Of a stretch of 64,000 bases of DNA, positions 27,271 through 47,210 are shown piece after piece; position 1 is the stretch's first letter; every line of letters begins with the position of its first letter. A program made the translations under genes and the position numbers. The notes beneath the pieces are model-generated. The model did no database searches. It was not told where the DNA came from and saw only the letters and a list, made by a program, of their open reading frames with translations. Where the stretch lies: contig JAWQFM010000033.1 in NCBI GenBank assembly GCA_033442325.1, positions 413,029 to 477,028 on the forward strand, given 5' to 3'. This stretch comes from Salpingoeca rosetta. Taxonomy: Eukaryota > Protista > Choanoflagellata.

Positions 27271-28116
27271 GCTTTCAGTCCCCTCTGGTTCATACTTCAT
27301 ATGCATGTGTATGTGTGTGTGTGTGTGTGCGTGTGTGTGTGTGTATGTGTGTGTTGTTTGTGTGTGTGTGTGTGTGTATGTGAGTCACACATGAAATACA
27401 CCTCGACTGGTCGACCACGTTTGGCAACGCCAAAAAGCACAAGGAATGTACGATGGATGGCACGTGCAGTAGGTGTGTTATTGCTGGGAGCATCAAACAC
27501 ATCCCCAACAGAAATTTGCGTCGCTGGGCAGCTGAGAGCGCGTGAGGGCGAGTAGACGACAAGAAGCAACTCCATAGCAGCAAGGAAGCAAAACGGCAAC
27601 ACTCGCGTCTTCACACGCCGATAACGGCTGGTGGCTTCGATCCGTCAACTCTGATCGCTGGGCGAAGCCGCTGGCGGCTGTGCTAGCTGAGGAAGGAAGG
27701 TCACAGTAGTATCACACATGACCTCGTCATCACAGCCAGCAATGCACATGGAACACGTCAGGGCATCGCCCTTTGTGCGTTTGCTTTTTTTTTTTTTTCT
27801 TGTTCTTGTGGGACGTTGTCATCACGTCACGTCACATCATGTCACACATCGTGTCACACATACACGTCGTCCACGCCATCGTCAACACCACGTCGAGGCG
27901 CTTTCATCTCCCCTTCCCCAAGCATTATGCATCTCTCTGATCGCTTCGTTCCGCCGTTGCATGTGTATGTAACACCGTGTATGGACTGACGACTGAGAAC
28001 AACAAACTTGTGAAGATCACACAGAAATGAAGGAATGCAGCAAACACGCACACACACACTATGCTAACACGCTCTCGACCGCACACAAAAACCCGCCCCT
28101 GCGTTTCGTACACTGC

Positions 28117-28172
<56 letters not shown>

Positions 28173-28419
28173 TCTCACGCTGCCCCTTGTTTGGTGGCTG
28201 CCAAGTACGAGGTGGCCAGCAGGAAACCAACGAAACGGAACGCACAAGCAAACACACACAACAAACGCACAACAAGACGCGCAAAAGGACATCAACAGTC
28301 ATCACAAACGCGCACGCGCTCTGATGAGCAAACACCCGCTGTCCTTTGTCCCACTCTGCTTTTGGGTCACCCACTGCGTGCCCTTTCCCTCGCACGCTTG
28401 TGCTCCCCTCTCAGCAAGA

Positions 28420-31400
28420 TCACCTGCGCTGGGGGTGCCTGCGCGGGCTTGCGCTTCGCTCGCGTCGCTCATCACGCGGGACCGACCAGTACCTGCCACC
28501 ACGGCCCTCACCCTGCAGTACGCTGGACGTTGACGACGATGGTAGTGGCGGTGGTGGTGGTGGTGGTGGCGGTGGGGACGCAGAACGAGAGCGGCGACGC
28601 AGGCGAAGGGGGCTGCCATAGTCGCGGCGGTACGCGTGCGCTCCAGGTGGTGGTGGTGGTGGTGGCGGTGGTGGCGGTGGGGCTGCATCATGCCTGTCGT
28701 CGGCCTTGCGCGGGCGAGCACCATCATCGCCAGTGGGATAGCGGTATGGGGGCGGCGAAAAGCGCCGGCGTTCCAGCCACTCCTCTCTCAGGTCCCAATC
28801 ACGCGGGTCCCTGTCCCTGTCCCTGTCCCAGTCTCTCTCCCGCTCCCTGTCCAGCTCTGCATCTCTGCCGCGCCACCCGCCACCGCGCCTAAACCTGCTG
28901 GTAAAGCGACCGCGGCCACGGCCACGACCGCCCTCGCTGCCGCCACCGCCGCTGCCGCCGCTTGTGGCTGCTGGCGGCGGTGTTCTTCCCGGCGAGAGGG
29001 ACGCTGCGCGGGCCGCTGGGGGCGGGCGGGCGTGTATGCCCTGCCGGCCGTCATCGCGCTGCGGGGACGCAGACGACGAGGGGATGGACGGCGCACGTGG
29101 CGGTGTTGCTGGCGGAGACGCACCGCGTCCAGCGGGGTGCCGTGGGTGGTGGTGGTGGGGGTGGGGGTGGTGGTGCGGAGGAGGGTACGGGTGGTGTGGT
29201 GGGTACGGGCGGCGGTAGGATGGCGGCGGTGGCCCGTACATGGGGTGGTGGTGCGGTGGCGGCCCTGCCGGTGGTGCTGGCCCTGGCGGGCCCGCCAGGC
29301 CTGGTGGTGGGGGGCCTTCTTCCCACCGTCGACCGTCATCGCGAAGCCCTGGCGGTGGCGGCGGCGCGCGCCCATACCGCCGCATGTCTCTCCTGTCCCG
29401 GTCCCACTCCCGATCGCGTTCCCTATCGCTGTCCCTGTCTCTGTCTCGGTCCCAGTCGCGCGGGTCACGCATCAAATCACGTCCCCTTTCACGGTCACGG
29501 TCACGATCACGATCACGATCCCAGCCTGGTCGGTCGTGCATGCGCTCCCAGCCGCCGACACCGCCGCGATCGCCCCAGTCCCGCTCACGCCCACGGTCCC
29601 GCAGATCCCATTCGCGCTCGCGTTCACGCTCACGGTCTCTTTCGTATGGCAGAGGTGGTCCCCCTGGTGGCGGTGGTCCCGGTGGCGGCGGTGGGCCAGA
29701 ATCGCGTCCCCACATGTGGTCACGACCACCATAACGGTCGCGGTCACGGTCACGATCACGGTCACGATCACGTGGCCAGGTGCCGGCCGCCGGGTGCGGT
29801 GGTGGCGGCGGAGATGACGACGACGATGGTGGGCCATTCGTGTCACCAAGCCGACTCCACAGGCGACGGTCATACCCACGGTCACGGTCGCGGTCACGGT
29901 CGCGGTCCTTGTCTCTGTCCCTGTCCCGGGGCCAGTCCCGATCACCACCAGGGCGAGCTGCGGAAGACGCAGAAGTCGTCGAAGTGGACGCAGAGGCCGG
30001 TGGCGGCATGCGGCTGCCGCGCTCACGCTCACGCTCACGATCGCGTCCAGGCTCCAAGTCGCGCATGCTGCGTTCTCTGTCCCTGTCACCACGGTCCCGC
30101 TCTCGGTCAAGCGGTACCTGGTCTCCATCCCTGTCCCTGCTCCTGTCATGAGGTGGCGGCGGTGGCGGCGGTGGAGACATGTTTCTTCGCCAGCGCCGGC
30201 GGCTTCCGCTGCGTGACACACTGCCGCTCCTGCTGCTGGCCCGGCTCGCCCTGCTGCTCCCAGCCCGGCTCGTGCTAGCAGTCGTCGTCGCCGTGGTGGC
30301 CGCCGTGGTGGCCGCAGCAGCAGACGTGGCGGACATGGTGGTCGTGGTGGCAGACCTGTCCTCTGTTGGCGTGTGCGCACGTGAGGGGCGGCGGGAGCGT
30401 GGGCGCGACGATTCCCGCGACGGCCGTCCACTGGACGATGATGCCGTTGATCCCATGCGCCGCCGCCGCTGTCGCCGTTGCTGTTGCTGTTGTTCGCGTT
30501 GGCTTGTGTGCTCCTGCGCGTCTGTGGGCGGAGCTGAGCGCTTCGCGCGCTTGGGCGGCTGTTCGGATCCTGCATCCAGTGAGGGCTGCCGATCCACACC
30601 AGCAGTGTCAGCAGGCACGTCACGCTTGCCAGAGTCAGCAAGGGCCGCTCGCACTGCTGACGGCTGCGACGTTGTTGCAGTGGGTGTCTCGTGTGGCGCC
30701 TCTGTTGCTGTTGCTGCTGTTTCTGCTAGTGCTGGGTTATCAGCAGCAGCGGCAGCAACATCATCATCATCATCATCATCACCGCGACCGGCCTTTGCTG
30801 GTGGCGCCGGCTGCTCCGTGGCAGATGGCGGTGATGGTTGCGCTGCAGATGTTTTGGCTGCTGGTGTGGCTGGTGGTGTTGTTACCTTTGCTGGTGGTGG
30901 TGGTGCTGGTTTGAATTCGTCGTCTGCATTTTCATCATCACCAGCAGCACCGGTGGCAGCAGCATTATCAGCACCGCTGCTTGCAGGCGCCGCAGCACTC
31001 TGCTTGACTTGATCGCCGCCCGCTACCGCTGCTGTCATCGCACCCGCACGTGCGTTTCGTTCCACAGCGGTTGCGCCATCATCACTTGGCGAAGGCGCCC
31101 GCTGTTTCGCGCGCTTTCGTGGCTGCTCACCAGCATCGTCACGACCAGCACGATCAGCACGATCATCACGGTCGCCATCGACATCATACGTGGGCGCAGG
31201 TGCGGTTGCCGTAGTCTTGACAGCAGGCAGGGTCGCGTGCGTTGAGGTGGCAGTGGCCAATGCAGGCTGAGCCGTATGCACGGGCGTGGCTCCGCTCTTC
31301 CGCTGCTGCGGGCTGCTTTCCTGCGCCTTTTCGTCACACTCTTGCTGCACTTTCTGCTGCTGCTGCTGCTCTTGTTGCGCTTCCTGTTGTTGTGCGGCGC

Positions 31401-32180
31401 TTTGCGTCTGCTCAACAACAACATCAGCGCCACCACCTGCTGCTGCTGCAGCTGCTGCTGTTGTGTGGAGTGTCTTGGTCTTTCGTGCAGTTGTCGTGTC
31501 GGCTGTGCCCGTGCCGCTTGCGGTGAACTCATCTTGCTTCTTGGTTTGTTTCACCGCAGCCTGCTTCGCTTCATCAGTCACTAGAGCGGCAGTAGCAGCG
31601 GAAGAAGAAGACAGCGCCTTGGCATCTGCTTCCTGTGTCTTCTCACTTGCCCCTGGCTGCTGCTGCTGCTGCTCCGGCTGCTGCTGCTGCGGCTGCTCTT
31701 CCTGAGGTCGTTTGGTCGACTGCTTGTGCTCCTGTACCTTTGATGCCACCCCAGCCCTGTCGTCCTGTGTGTAAGGGGGCTGTTGCTTCTGCTGCGCCTG
31801 CACCTTCTTGCGTGTCTGTGGCAGCTGCGTCGCTTCTTGCGATTTGGCAGCGACCGGCTGCTGTTCCTTGTTGCCTTCATCACTCACAGGTGGTGGTGCT
31901 GTTGCTCGTGTCGTGTTGCTCGAAGACGCTGGGCCGGCATCACTGCTTGCTTCCTTCGGTGTCACAACAGCACCTGAAGCCGTCTTGGCGTCGTCCTTTG
32001 CAGCACGGGATTGCGGAACAGCCGCAGCCTCAGCCGCCTTTGCCATTGATTTTGGCTTCGCTGCGGTTGGTTTGGGAGTTTGTTTTGGTGTTTTTGTGGA
32101 AGGTTCTGGCTTTGCTGCGGTGGTTGCAGTCGCAGCCGGTGCTGCTGCCTGTGGTGGCTGGGAACTGTCATGCGCTCTGT

Positions 32181-32222
<42 letters not shown>

Positions 32223-32835
32223 CAGGTGTTGTTGTTGTTGTTGTTGCTGCTGTTGTTGCTGTTGGTGTTGTGGATGCAGCAACCGGTGTTGCTGTAGAAG
32301 GCGCAGCGACACCCGTGGTGGCTGAAGACGCTTTCGCAGGCGTCGCAGGCGCCTTTGTAGTTGTGGCAGGCATGGTGGCTGAAGGTGTGCTAGCTGGGGC
32401 AGCCTTTGTGCTAGCTGGGGCAGCCTCTGTGCTAGCTGGGGCAGCCTTTGTGTTCGAAGCTGCACCGCTCCCGTGACTCGTCGCGACCGCTGGAGATGTC
32501 GTCTTTGGTGCTGCCGCTGGCGACTTGGTGGCTGTAGCCGATGCCGTAGCAGATGCAAGCGATGATGATGATGATGATGATGGCGATGGCGATGAAGGTG
32601 GGGTGGGTTTTGAAAGGCCGCGGCGCTTCAGGTAGTCTGCCAGCGACAACTTGCGTTTCCTCCCAGATGCAGGGCTACCACGCGCTGCCGTTGATGCTGG
32701 CGCTGCAGGCGACGACGGTGTCGCTGATTTTGCTGCTGCTGCTGCTGCTGCTGCGTTTGATGGTGTCGGGATCGCCTCTGCCTTCAGCTCCGCAACGCGC
32801 CCGCTCTTGTGTTTCTGGTGGGGGTGGTGGTCTGG

Positions 32836-32930
<95 letters not shown>

Positions 32931-33325
32931 GCAGCAGCATTGGTGACGGCAGCGACGATGGGGAGCTGGGCGCTGCTGGGGAGGAGGATGCCGGTGAGTC
33001 GGGGAGGAACACAGACGACCCCTGTGCCGACAGCGGTGACGACACGCCAGGCGACGTTGCACCGTCCACAATTGATGGTGGTGCAGATGCATTCACCCGC
33101 AGGCCATGCACATTGCGGTGCACAGCCGGTCTGGATGGCATCTGGCTCACCACGGCCCCAGGTGCAACAACATTAGTGGTGGCGGTGGTCGTCGTTGTGG
33201 TTGTGGCACTGCTGCCCGCAGTTATTCCTGAAGCACTCGTTGCTCCTGTTTGTGGTGTCGTGACCAATGGTGCTGCTACGGTCTTGACTCCAAGCATGGG
33301 AGGCTCCTGCTTCACCTGTACAACA

Positions 33326-33361
<36 letters not shown>

Positions 33362-36300
33362 GGTAGTAGTGGTTGTTGATGCTGTTGTAGTTGCTGCTGC
33401 GTGCGAGGTGTCCCAGCAGCGCTTTCGCTCTCGGCTTTGACGCCAGAGTGTGCAGCATCAGGGGCCGTGTCCATGGCCGTCGTCGTGGCTGCTGCTGGTG
33501 CTGCATTCATCGTGCCAGTCACAGCACCATCCTGGCCATCATCACGACCACCATCAGCGGTGGTTGCAGGGTGGGCGGCCTGTACTGTGCGCAGCGATCG
33601 TCGCAACCTCTCCTTGAAGCTGACAAAGGGAACAGGCTGCGCGGCGGGCTCAGCCGTCATGCCAGGCGTTGCACTCTCCTTCGACCACCACCACGACCAC
33701 GACAGCGCCGATGCCGCGGTGCTGCTCGTTGTGCTCGCGTTCGCGTTGTTCGTGTGGGTGTGGGTGGTGGCGCCTGTAGTTCCTGTGGACGATGAGAGTG
33801 TGGTGGTGTTGTTGGTGGTGGTGTTGGTGGCGCTGGCGTCCTGGGCGCTGTTGCGGCGTGTGCTGGTGCTGCTGTTGCTGACGCAGTCGTCGTTGTCGTT
33901 GTCGTTGTCGTCGTCACCCAAACGCGATGGGCCAACACCGCCACAGTTCGGGCTGGACCTGCTGCCGTCAATCGCAAACCGCACCCTGCGCGCCGCCTCC
34001 CCGTCGCCACCCGCGTTGGCGGTTGTGCTGGAATGAGCGTTGGTCTTTGCGTTGGGCGCTGCGTTAGTGGAGGGGTTGCTTGCCATCTTCGCTTGCTGCC
34101 CATGGCTCTGTTGCTGAGGATGCGTTGTTGACGGTGTTGTTGTTGTTGTTGGTGTCATTGGGGCTGTGGCGGCTGCTGTTGATGCTACGGGGGTGGTTGA
34201 GGGTGTGAGGTCGTCCGTGTCGAGACTCGGCACACACTCCGGCATCCACTGGCTCATGTACTTCTTGCGAGCATACACCCCGCCCTGCGGAGCGCGTTCA
34301 AAGGCGACGGCCACCACACGGCCAACGTGCGGGCTGCTGTACTCAAATGGCCGCGCAGCCTTGCTGATGCGCCCCTTCAGCCCTTGGAACAGCAGCTGCG
34401 TACATGGTGGTGGTGGTGGGCGTGGTGAGTTTGGCGAGTTTGGGGAGCTAGTGAGGAACAGGAAGCACAGCGTGTAGGCGAGTAAACTTGTGATTATAGG
34501 GGCAAAGGGCTGGAACACACGCGCGCGCGCGCGTTCGTTCAACGTCCATGAAAAATGCACAGGTAAGACGAAGCAAGTCAGCGAGCAACGTACATCAGAG
34601 AGAATTTCGCAAGCGTCGTTGTGGTAGGCGGCAAACGGGGTCTGGCTGGCGCTGCTGATGGTGTTGTAGTTCTCCAGCTCCTCCTTATGCGGGGTGCTGT
34701 TGCGGCGGCGACGGCTACGACGACCAACACCCCCACCACCGCCGCCACTTCGCCCGTGCGGGGGGTCGGGGAAGGCATCCATCGCCCGCGCGTCGTAGTT
34801 GTACCCGGGCGTTAGTGCTGATGCTGACGCCGATGCGGAGATGAGGGAGGGCGAAGAGGGCAGGCGACCAGCAGCATCAGCCAGCGGGTTCATCTGCAGA
34901 TGCAGTGACGCAGGCCGACGCCCTTTCGTGCCGCCGCTGTACCATCGACACAATGGGAACGGGGGAGGTGGTTGTAGGTGGAGGAGGTGGTTGTAGGTGG
35001 AGGTGGAGGCGGTGGAGGAGGTGGTTGTAGGTGGTTGGGAGGGGCGTGAGGTCAGCTGTGAGTGGCTTGCATGCCGTACGCAATCGAACGATGTGCCCAT
35101 GCATTCAGCCAATGTGCGCGCAAGCATGTGTTTGTGCATGTGTGTGTACGTGCATGAACATGCACGTTACCTTGCAGGCTTTGCGGAGGATGCTCTGCGG
35201 CCCTTTCCGCCGCTCGACCGGCGCCCCTCCGACGCCCGCGCTTCAGAACCGCCTTCAGCAGCAGCAGCAAGCAGCAGCCATCATGCAGGACACACGTGAT
35301 GATAATGACGGTGGTGGTGGTGGTGGTGGTGGTGGTGGTGAGGGAGGTAGGTGAGGGTGGTGGGGGTGAAATGAGTAATGCAAGAGTTCAGTGCATGTTC
35401 ACATACCACACGTACACGCACAATCCAATACACATGAACACCATGGGTGCGCACCTGCCGGTGTGTGCTGTTGCTGCTGCTGCTTTGCCACCTCACCACA
35501 CGCCTCATCGATGCGTCTGAGAGACATCATGAGCTTGCGCTCCTCGCGTGACATGCGGGCAGTCGGCGTGCCTGCTGGTGATTCAGGCACAGACGACACC
35601 TGAACCAGCGCAAATACGTGGTGGGGGTGGGTGATTGTGTAAGTGAGCAGGTTGGGGTTGGGATTGGAGGTTTACGGTGTGAGTGCATGGCGAGGGAGCA
35701 GCAGTGCTGTGTAACTGTCGGCAATCATGACATCAATCATGACAGCACCCTCCATCCAACCCCTCCCACATCCCGTCCACGCCCCTCCCCCATCTCTCCA
35801 CGAGACACTTTCAAGTGTGCCAAACGCACTGATTTTGACTGCTGCTTCGGCTGCTTTGGCTGCTTGGGTTGCTTCGGCTGTCGCTGTTGCTTCGGCTGTG
35901 GGCGGCGTGGTCCCTTTGCAGCCAACGACCGCTGCCGCCGCTTCATCGCTTTCGCGACTGGCGGCAAGAGAGACGGTGATGGTGGCGGTGGGGTAGGTTG
36001 GTGACGGTGAAAGTGGGGATTACATTCAGGGACAAAGGCAAGCCATGAATGAACACGCACACTTGCACACTCACTCAAACACGCACACACACACGCACAC
36101 ACACACACGCGCACACACGCACACGCACACGCACACACACACACGCGCACACACGCACACGCACACACGCACACACACACACCGTCCACACAGCGACCGC
36201 CATTGTTGCTGCTGTACCTTGGCAGAGGGAGGAGCCGCATGCGCAGTCGAGGAGGTAGGAGACGGACGCCCAGTCCACATCAAAGGGGATGGTCACCTCC

Positions 36301-38177
36301 GCGCCCTTGGGCAGATTGCGTGATGCCGTAAGGGCAAGGGCCAGGCGGCCGCGGGCCTGGAACACGCCCAGCGACGCCGACGCATCGCACGCCCGCCGCA
36401 CATAGCGCGCAATAGACCCTCGCGTGCTGAGAAACGGAAGGAGGGGGGAAGGGAGGGAGGGAGATTGGGGAAGGGATGCAAAGAAAGGTATTGGAGGCAG
36501 AGTGTGGACCCATCACGAGCACAGGGTGAGAAGACAGCTTGTGCAACAAGCTTAGTGGCATCGACAGAAACACACGCACACACACACATACACACATACA
36601 CACACACGCACACACACATATACACACACATACACACACGCATACACACACATACACACACGCATACATGCAGACATGCACACACACACACACGCACGCT
36701 GCCGCCAAGCTCACGTGGCGTCGACAGCCAGGGAGAGGCCGGCCGTGTCGAAGAAGATAACATAGGGGAGAAACGTGTCCTCCAACTTGTACTGCTTGGC
36801 TAACTCCGAGCGCAGGCACAAGCGGCCAGATACAACCGTGATTGGCGCCCCCTTTGGCACGTCCTCTTGCACAAACAGCGCCTGCAGGCAGGCAGCCAGG
36901 CAGGCAGCCAGGCAGACAGCAGCAAAAGCGAGACGCGCGCGGTTGAGTTGGTGGTGGTTACGTTTGTGGTTGTGACGGTGTGCAGAAAGCAAGCCAGTGG
37001 AAGGAGTGTTGCAGAAACGACAGCAGCCCATGTGAGTGCACAGGATTCAACGTGTATGAGCGCACCTGTTTGCCGGAGACAATGGTGTGATGTTGGACAA
37101 CGTGGTGGTCCTGGTCCTTGATAAACTCTGTGATGTCATCCAGCTGATTAATCTCGATGTTCTTCGCAACGGCCGCTTTGGCGGGTGCTCTGCAAAACGC
37201 AAGTGCAACACGGGCGAGGGCGTGAGAGTTGGAGATGGCGGGAATTCGGTGGGCTTGTGCTCCGAATTCATGTCACATATTGACGGGAAGTGGTGTGTTT
37301 GCGTGTGTTCGCATGTGTTAATGTGTGTTTGCGTGTGCTGTGCGCACAGGTACGAGTGAAGTTGAGCATGTGCAGGTTGTGTTGCTGTTGTTGTTGCGAG
37401 GAGTGACGTACGAGAGCTCGAGGACATTTGTTTCTTGGAAGGGCGTTGCCTGGATGGGCTCTGGCAACGGCATGCGCTTTCGTCGCCGCGCCAGCGCACG
37501 CGCCTTCTTGTCCTGGATTCGCATGGCCCGCAGCATGTCCACTTGCCTGTCGAATGATGCACGAGGAAGTCGTTGTGGAGAGCAAGGGTCGACACGAGCG
37601 AGGTGAACACGTTGTGTTGGCAGAAGGAGTGAAAAGGTGGCAGGTCGACATGGAGGGAGAACACCGCAAAGGGGGTGGGCGGGACACCGTGCAGCAAAAC
37701 AGAAACAGCAGCACCGTGTTGCAGAGATGCAGCCACACAGAGGCCACAACAGCACAGACAGCACAGGACGCACGACACAAGGAACGTACAAACACAAATC
37801 ACACACAACACACACACACACACACAACACAACACACGATGTACATATGCACGCAACACACGACGTTCACATGAACACAACACAACACACACACACACAC
37901 ACACACACAAAACACGACGTTCACATGAACACAACACAACACACACACACACACAAAACACGACGTACATATGTACAGACCTTGGCTTGCACCTCTCGCA
38001 GAGGTAGACCTCGGGGATATCATCTGTGTCGATGTCTTCGAAGCAGGCAATGTGCTGCCAGACGTTGCACGAGTCGCAGCACACCATGGACTCATCATTG
38101 TGACGGTAGCAGCACACGCACCGCGTCTCACCAACGTCGCCGCTGCTGTCTGAGCGCGATGCACGCCCCGATGACAT
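28420..38177 (-). CDS. MLL5/SETD5/UpSET/Set3-family PHD finger + degenerate SET domain protein with long low-complexity and RD/RE-rich tail
   Basis: [31 protein letters not shown]...YLCERCKPR; SET VDAT...IARYVRRAC...[10 protein letters not shown]...DCAC; family motifs SREERKL and [10 protein letters not shown]. The true stop may lie beyond 28420 if a donor near 28422 or 28512 is used. Confidence 0.85.
32389..32452 (-). repeat. 21-bp coding minisatellite (KAAPAST-like, 3 copies) in the PHD-SET protein
   Basis: GCTAGCTGGGGCAGCCTYTGT repeated. Confidence 0.85.
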
Positions 38178-38461
38178 GGTGTGCTGTGTCGAGACAGCGA
38201 CAACCTACAGCTGTACGTATGTCGAAGGTGTGGCTTGCCTCTTGTCGTTCTGGCTGAGCATTGACAACCCCAAGCAACTGTTGTTGAGGCAAGCGTGGCT
38301 GCGTGGAGGGTGGTTGGCGCTGCTGGTGTTGGTGTTGTGTGTTGTGTGCGAACGCGCCAGCCGAGCGCTTTGCTTGGTCTGAAGGGTGCGAGTGGGGAAA
38401 AATGACCGTGACTTTGCACGAAATCCCCCAAGCAGCTGTGAGGCTGGCAAAAAAAAAGGTG

Positions 38462-38533
38462 AGGCCACGGAGAGGATCGAACTCCCATTTTGAGATTCAG
38501 AGTCTCATGTACTAGCCATTATACTACGCGGCC
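38462..38533 (-). tRNA. tRNA-Gln (anticodon CTG)
   Basis: 72-nt cloverleaf: acceptor GGCCGCG/CGTGGCC, D stem GTAT/GTAC, anticodon arm TGAGA-CTCTGAA-TCTCA, T loop TTCGATC; downstream oligo-T Pol III terminator. Confidence 0.95.
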
Positions 38534-38601
38534 GTCATCTTGATGGTATATGAGGAGAATTTTACATATTTCAAATAATGTTGCAGAAGCTGGCTGCGTT
38601 G

Positions 38602-38657
38602 TTGCTGTGCTTGCTGTGCTTGCTGTGCTTGCTGTGCTTGCTGTGCTTGCTGTGCTT
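38602..38657. repeat. 9-bp tandem repeat (GCTGTGCTT)x6 between the tRNA genes
   Basis: Read directly from the sequence. Confidence 0.9.
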
Positions 38658-38872
38658 GGGGCGTAGGAATGCCCGCAGCGAACTCGCGAAGAAGTATTGC
38701 AAGCACCGTGCTCAAAGGTGCAGTGGATGTGTCTGTGCGAGGACACAACACACTTGCAGAACTCCAGCTCCCACTGTTGCAAATCACACACAGACTCTCT
38801 TCGCTACTATCGTGTCTATGATGTCATTTTGGCCGCAGCCGTCACAGAAGTCCAGCGGACCCGAATGTAAGC

Positions 38873-38944
38873 GGCGACATAGTATAATGGCTAGTACATG
38901 AGACTCTGAATCTCAAAATGGGAGTTCGATCCTCTCTGTTGCCT
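38873..38944 (+). tRNA. tRNA-Gln (anticodon CTG), G4:U69 isodecoder
   Basis: 72-nt cloverleaf with acceptor GGCGACA/TGTTGCC; the rest is identical to the minus-strand copy; T-run terminator immediately downstream. Confidence 0.95.
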
Positions 38945-38970
38945 TTCTTTTTTTCTTTTTTTTTCTTCCT
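38945..38970 (+). terminator. RNA Pol III oligo-T terminator
   Basis: Two runs of >=7 T directly after the tRNA. Confidence 0.8.
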
Positions 38971-39331
38971 CCAGCCTTGTTCTTTCAACGTACGGGACAG
39001 TTGTTGGAAGGCACAGCAGATTTTCACACACCCCGTTCATACAATGCCAGGCAGCAGCTTCGTCAATTTCAGTCGTGCAGTTTTCCCATCCGCTGCTGTG
39101 TGTCAGGGTGAAGGTGGTTCTTCTTCGTCGTTGACTTGACCTGGTGCTCTCAGCTTGTGTTGTAGCACTTCTCAATCACGCAGGCAACGCATACGAAGCC
39201 ATACACTCGCACGCACGCACACACACACACAGCACACACACACACACGCACGCTTCCACATCTTACAATCGTCCATATTCTCATTCCCGAGACAGCAACA
39301 TCAAACCATTGCCCCAACAAAGTCGAGAAGC

Positions 39332-47210
<7,879 letters not shown>

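Noticed and set aside
28636-34036. Many long antisense or alternate-frame ORFs over the large exons (also at 853-1992, 7158-8111, 44864-45799)
   Set aside because: Shadow ORFs of GC-rich, triplet-repeat coding sequence that is poor in stop codons; no domain motifs
37855-37970. Repeat-spacer-like units (AACACGACGTTCACATGAACACAACACAAC), with a similar duplication at 2730-2850
   Set aside because: Only 2-3 copies separated by CA microsatellite; local tandem duplication in eukaryotic non-coding DNA, no cas genes, not CRISPR
38462-38944. Inverted repeat resembling transposon TIRs or a MITE
   Set aside because: Both arms are complete tRNA-Gln genes with their own terminators; no TSD seen
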